Below are positions 63,762 through 64,000 of a stretch of 64,000 bases of DNA, piece after piece. Origin of the DNA: an uncultured Chloroflexia bacterium (lineage in GTDB: Bacteria; Chloroflexota; Limnocylindria; QHBO01); NCBI GenBank assembly GCA_963814375.1, contig CAWFCQ010000004.1:32001-96000 (forward strand). Reading direction: 5' to 3'. The notes under the pieces were generated by a model that did no database searches, was not told where the DNA came from, and saw only the letters and a list, made by a program, of their open reading frames with translations. How positions within the stretch are numbered: position 1 is the first letter of the stretch; every line of letters starts with the position of its first letter. The position numbers were made by a program, and so were the translations under genes.

Positions 63762-64000
63762 TTGGCGGCCGCCGTCGACCGCGGCGCCCGCACCCTCCGC
63801 ATTCCGGACGACGCCAAGATGCTCCTGGCCGTCTCCGGCGGTTGCGACTCGATGGCCCTGCTGCGCGGGGCCGCCCGCCTGGTCGAGACCGATGCGCGCC
63901 AGTGGCGCCTGACCGTCGGCCACCTCGATCATGGCCTTCGTCCGGAGAGCCGGGACGACGCGACCTTCGTCGCCGATGCAGCTGCCTCGCTCGGCCTGAC
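63762..64000 (+). CDS. tilS: tRNA(Ile)-lysidine synthetase, 5' part (not in ORF track)
   Basis: Frame from TTG 63762 reads LAAAVDRG...LLAVSGGCDSMALL...VGHLDHGLRPESRDDATFV (PP-loop SGG.DS, H.DHGLR). Confidence 0.88.
   Translation, partial: MAAAVDRGARTLRIPDDAKMLLAVSGGCDSMALLRGAARLVETDARQWRLTVGHLDHGLRPESRDDATFVADAAASLGL

Overview
High-GC bacterial chromosome segment made up mostly of core genes. I found no mobile element, prophage or CRISPR array. The lineage is probably Chloroflexota (Limnocylindria/Ellin6529-like). This is an inference from a transcriptional valS T-box, GAAC-N4-GTTC LexA boxes, an ATP-type PEP carboxykinase and actinobacteria-like FHA-rodA-pbpA genes. Recognisable content includes cphB-cphA (cyanophycin), an M16 peptidase pair, three tRNAs, tig-clpP-[ogt]-clpX, valS, fhaA-fhaB-rodA-pbpA, moxR-DUF58-transglutaminase, rarA, a UvrD-nuclease fusion, murI, ychF, an mrfAB-like repair operon with SOS boxes, ftsB, pckA, a Fur regulator with a NiCoT-like transporter, and the start of tilS. 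At least 8 genes carry frameshifts, many of them extra bases in short G/C runs, which look like long-read consensus errors. The best candidate for an undescribed system is at 39455-43150. There a membrane-embedded 7TM sensor fused to a SARP-type (wHTH-BTAD) activator lies head-to-head with a lone PaaK/IaaL-like adenylating ligase, resembling a signal synthase/receptor pair. A standalone SelB-type winged-helix protein sits next to it. A second candidate is a cluster of zinc-ribbon proteins and a receiver-MinD ATPase directly beside the FHA/rodA/pbpA genes. All family calls come from reading motifs by eye, not from database searches.
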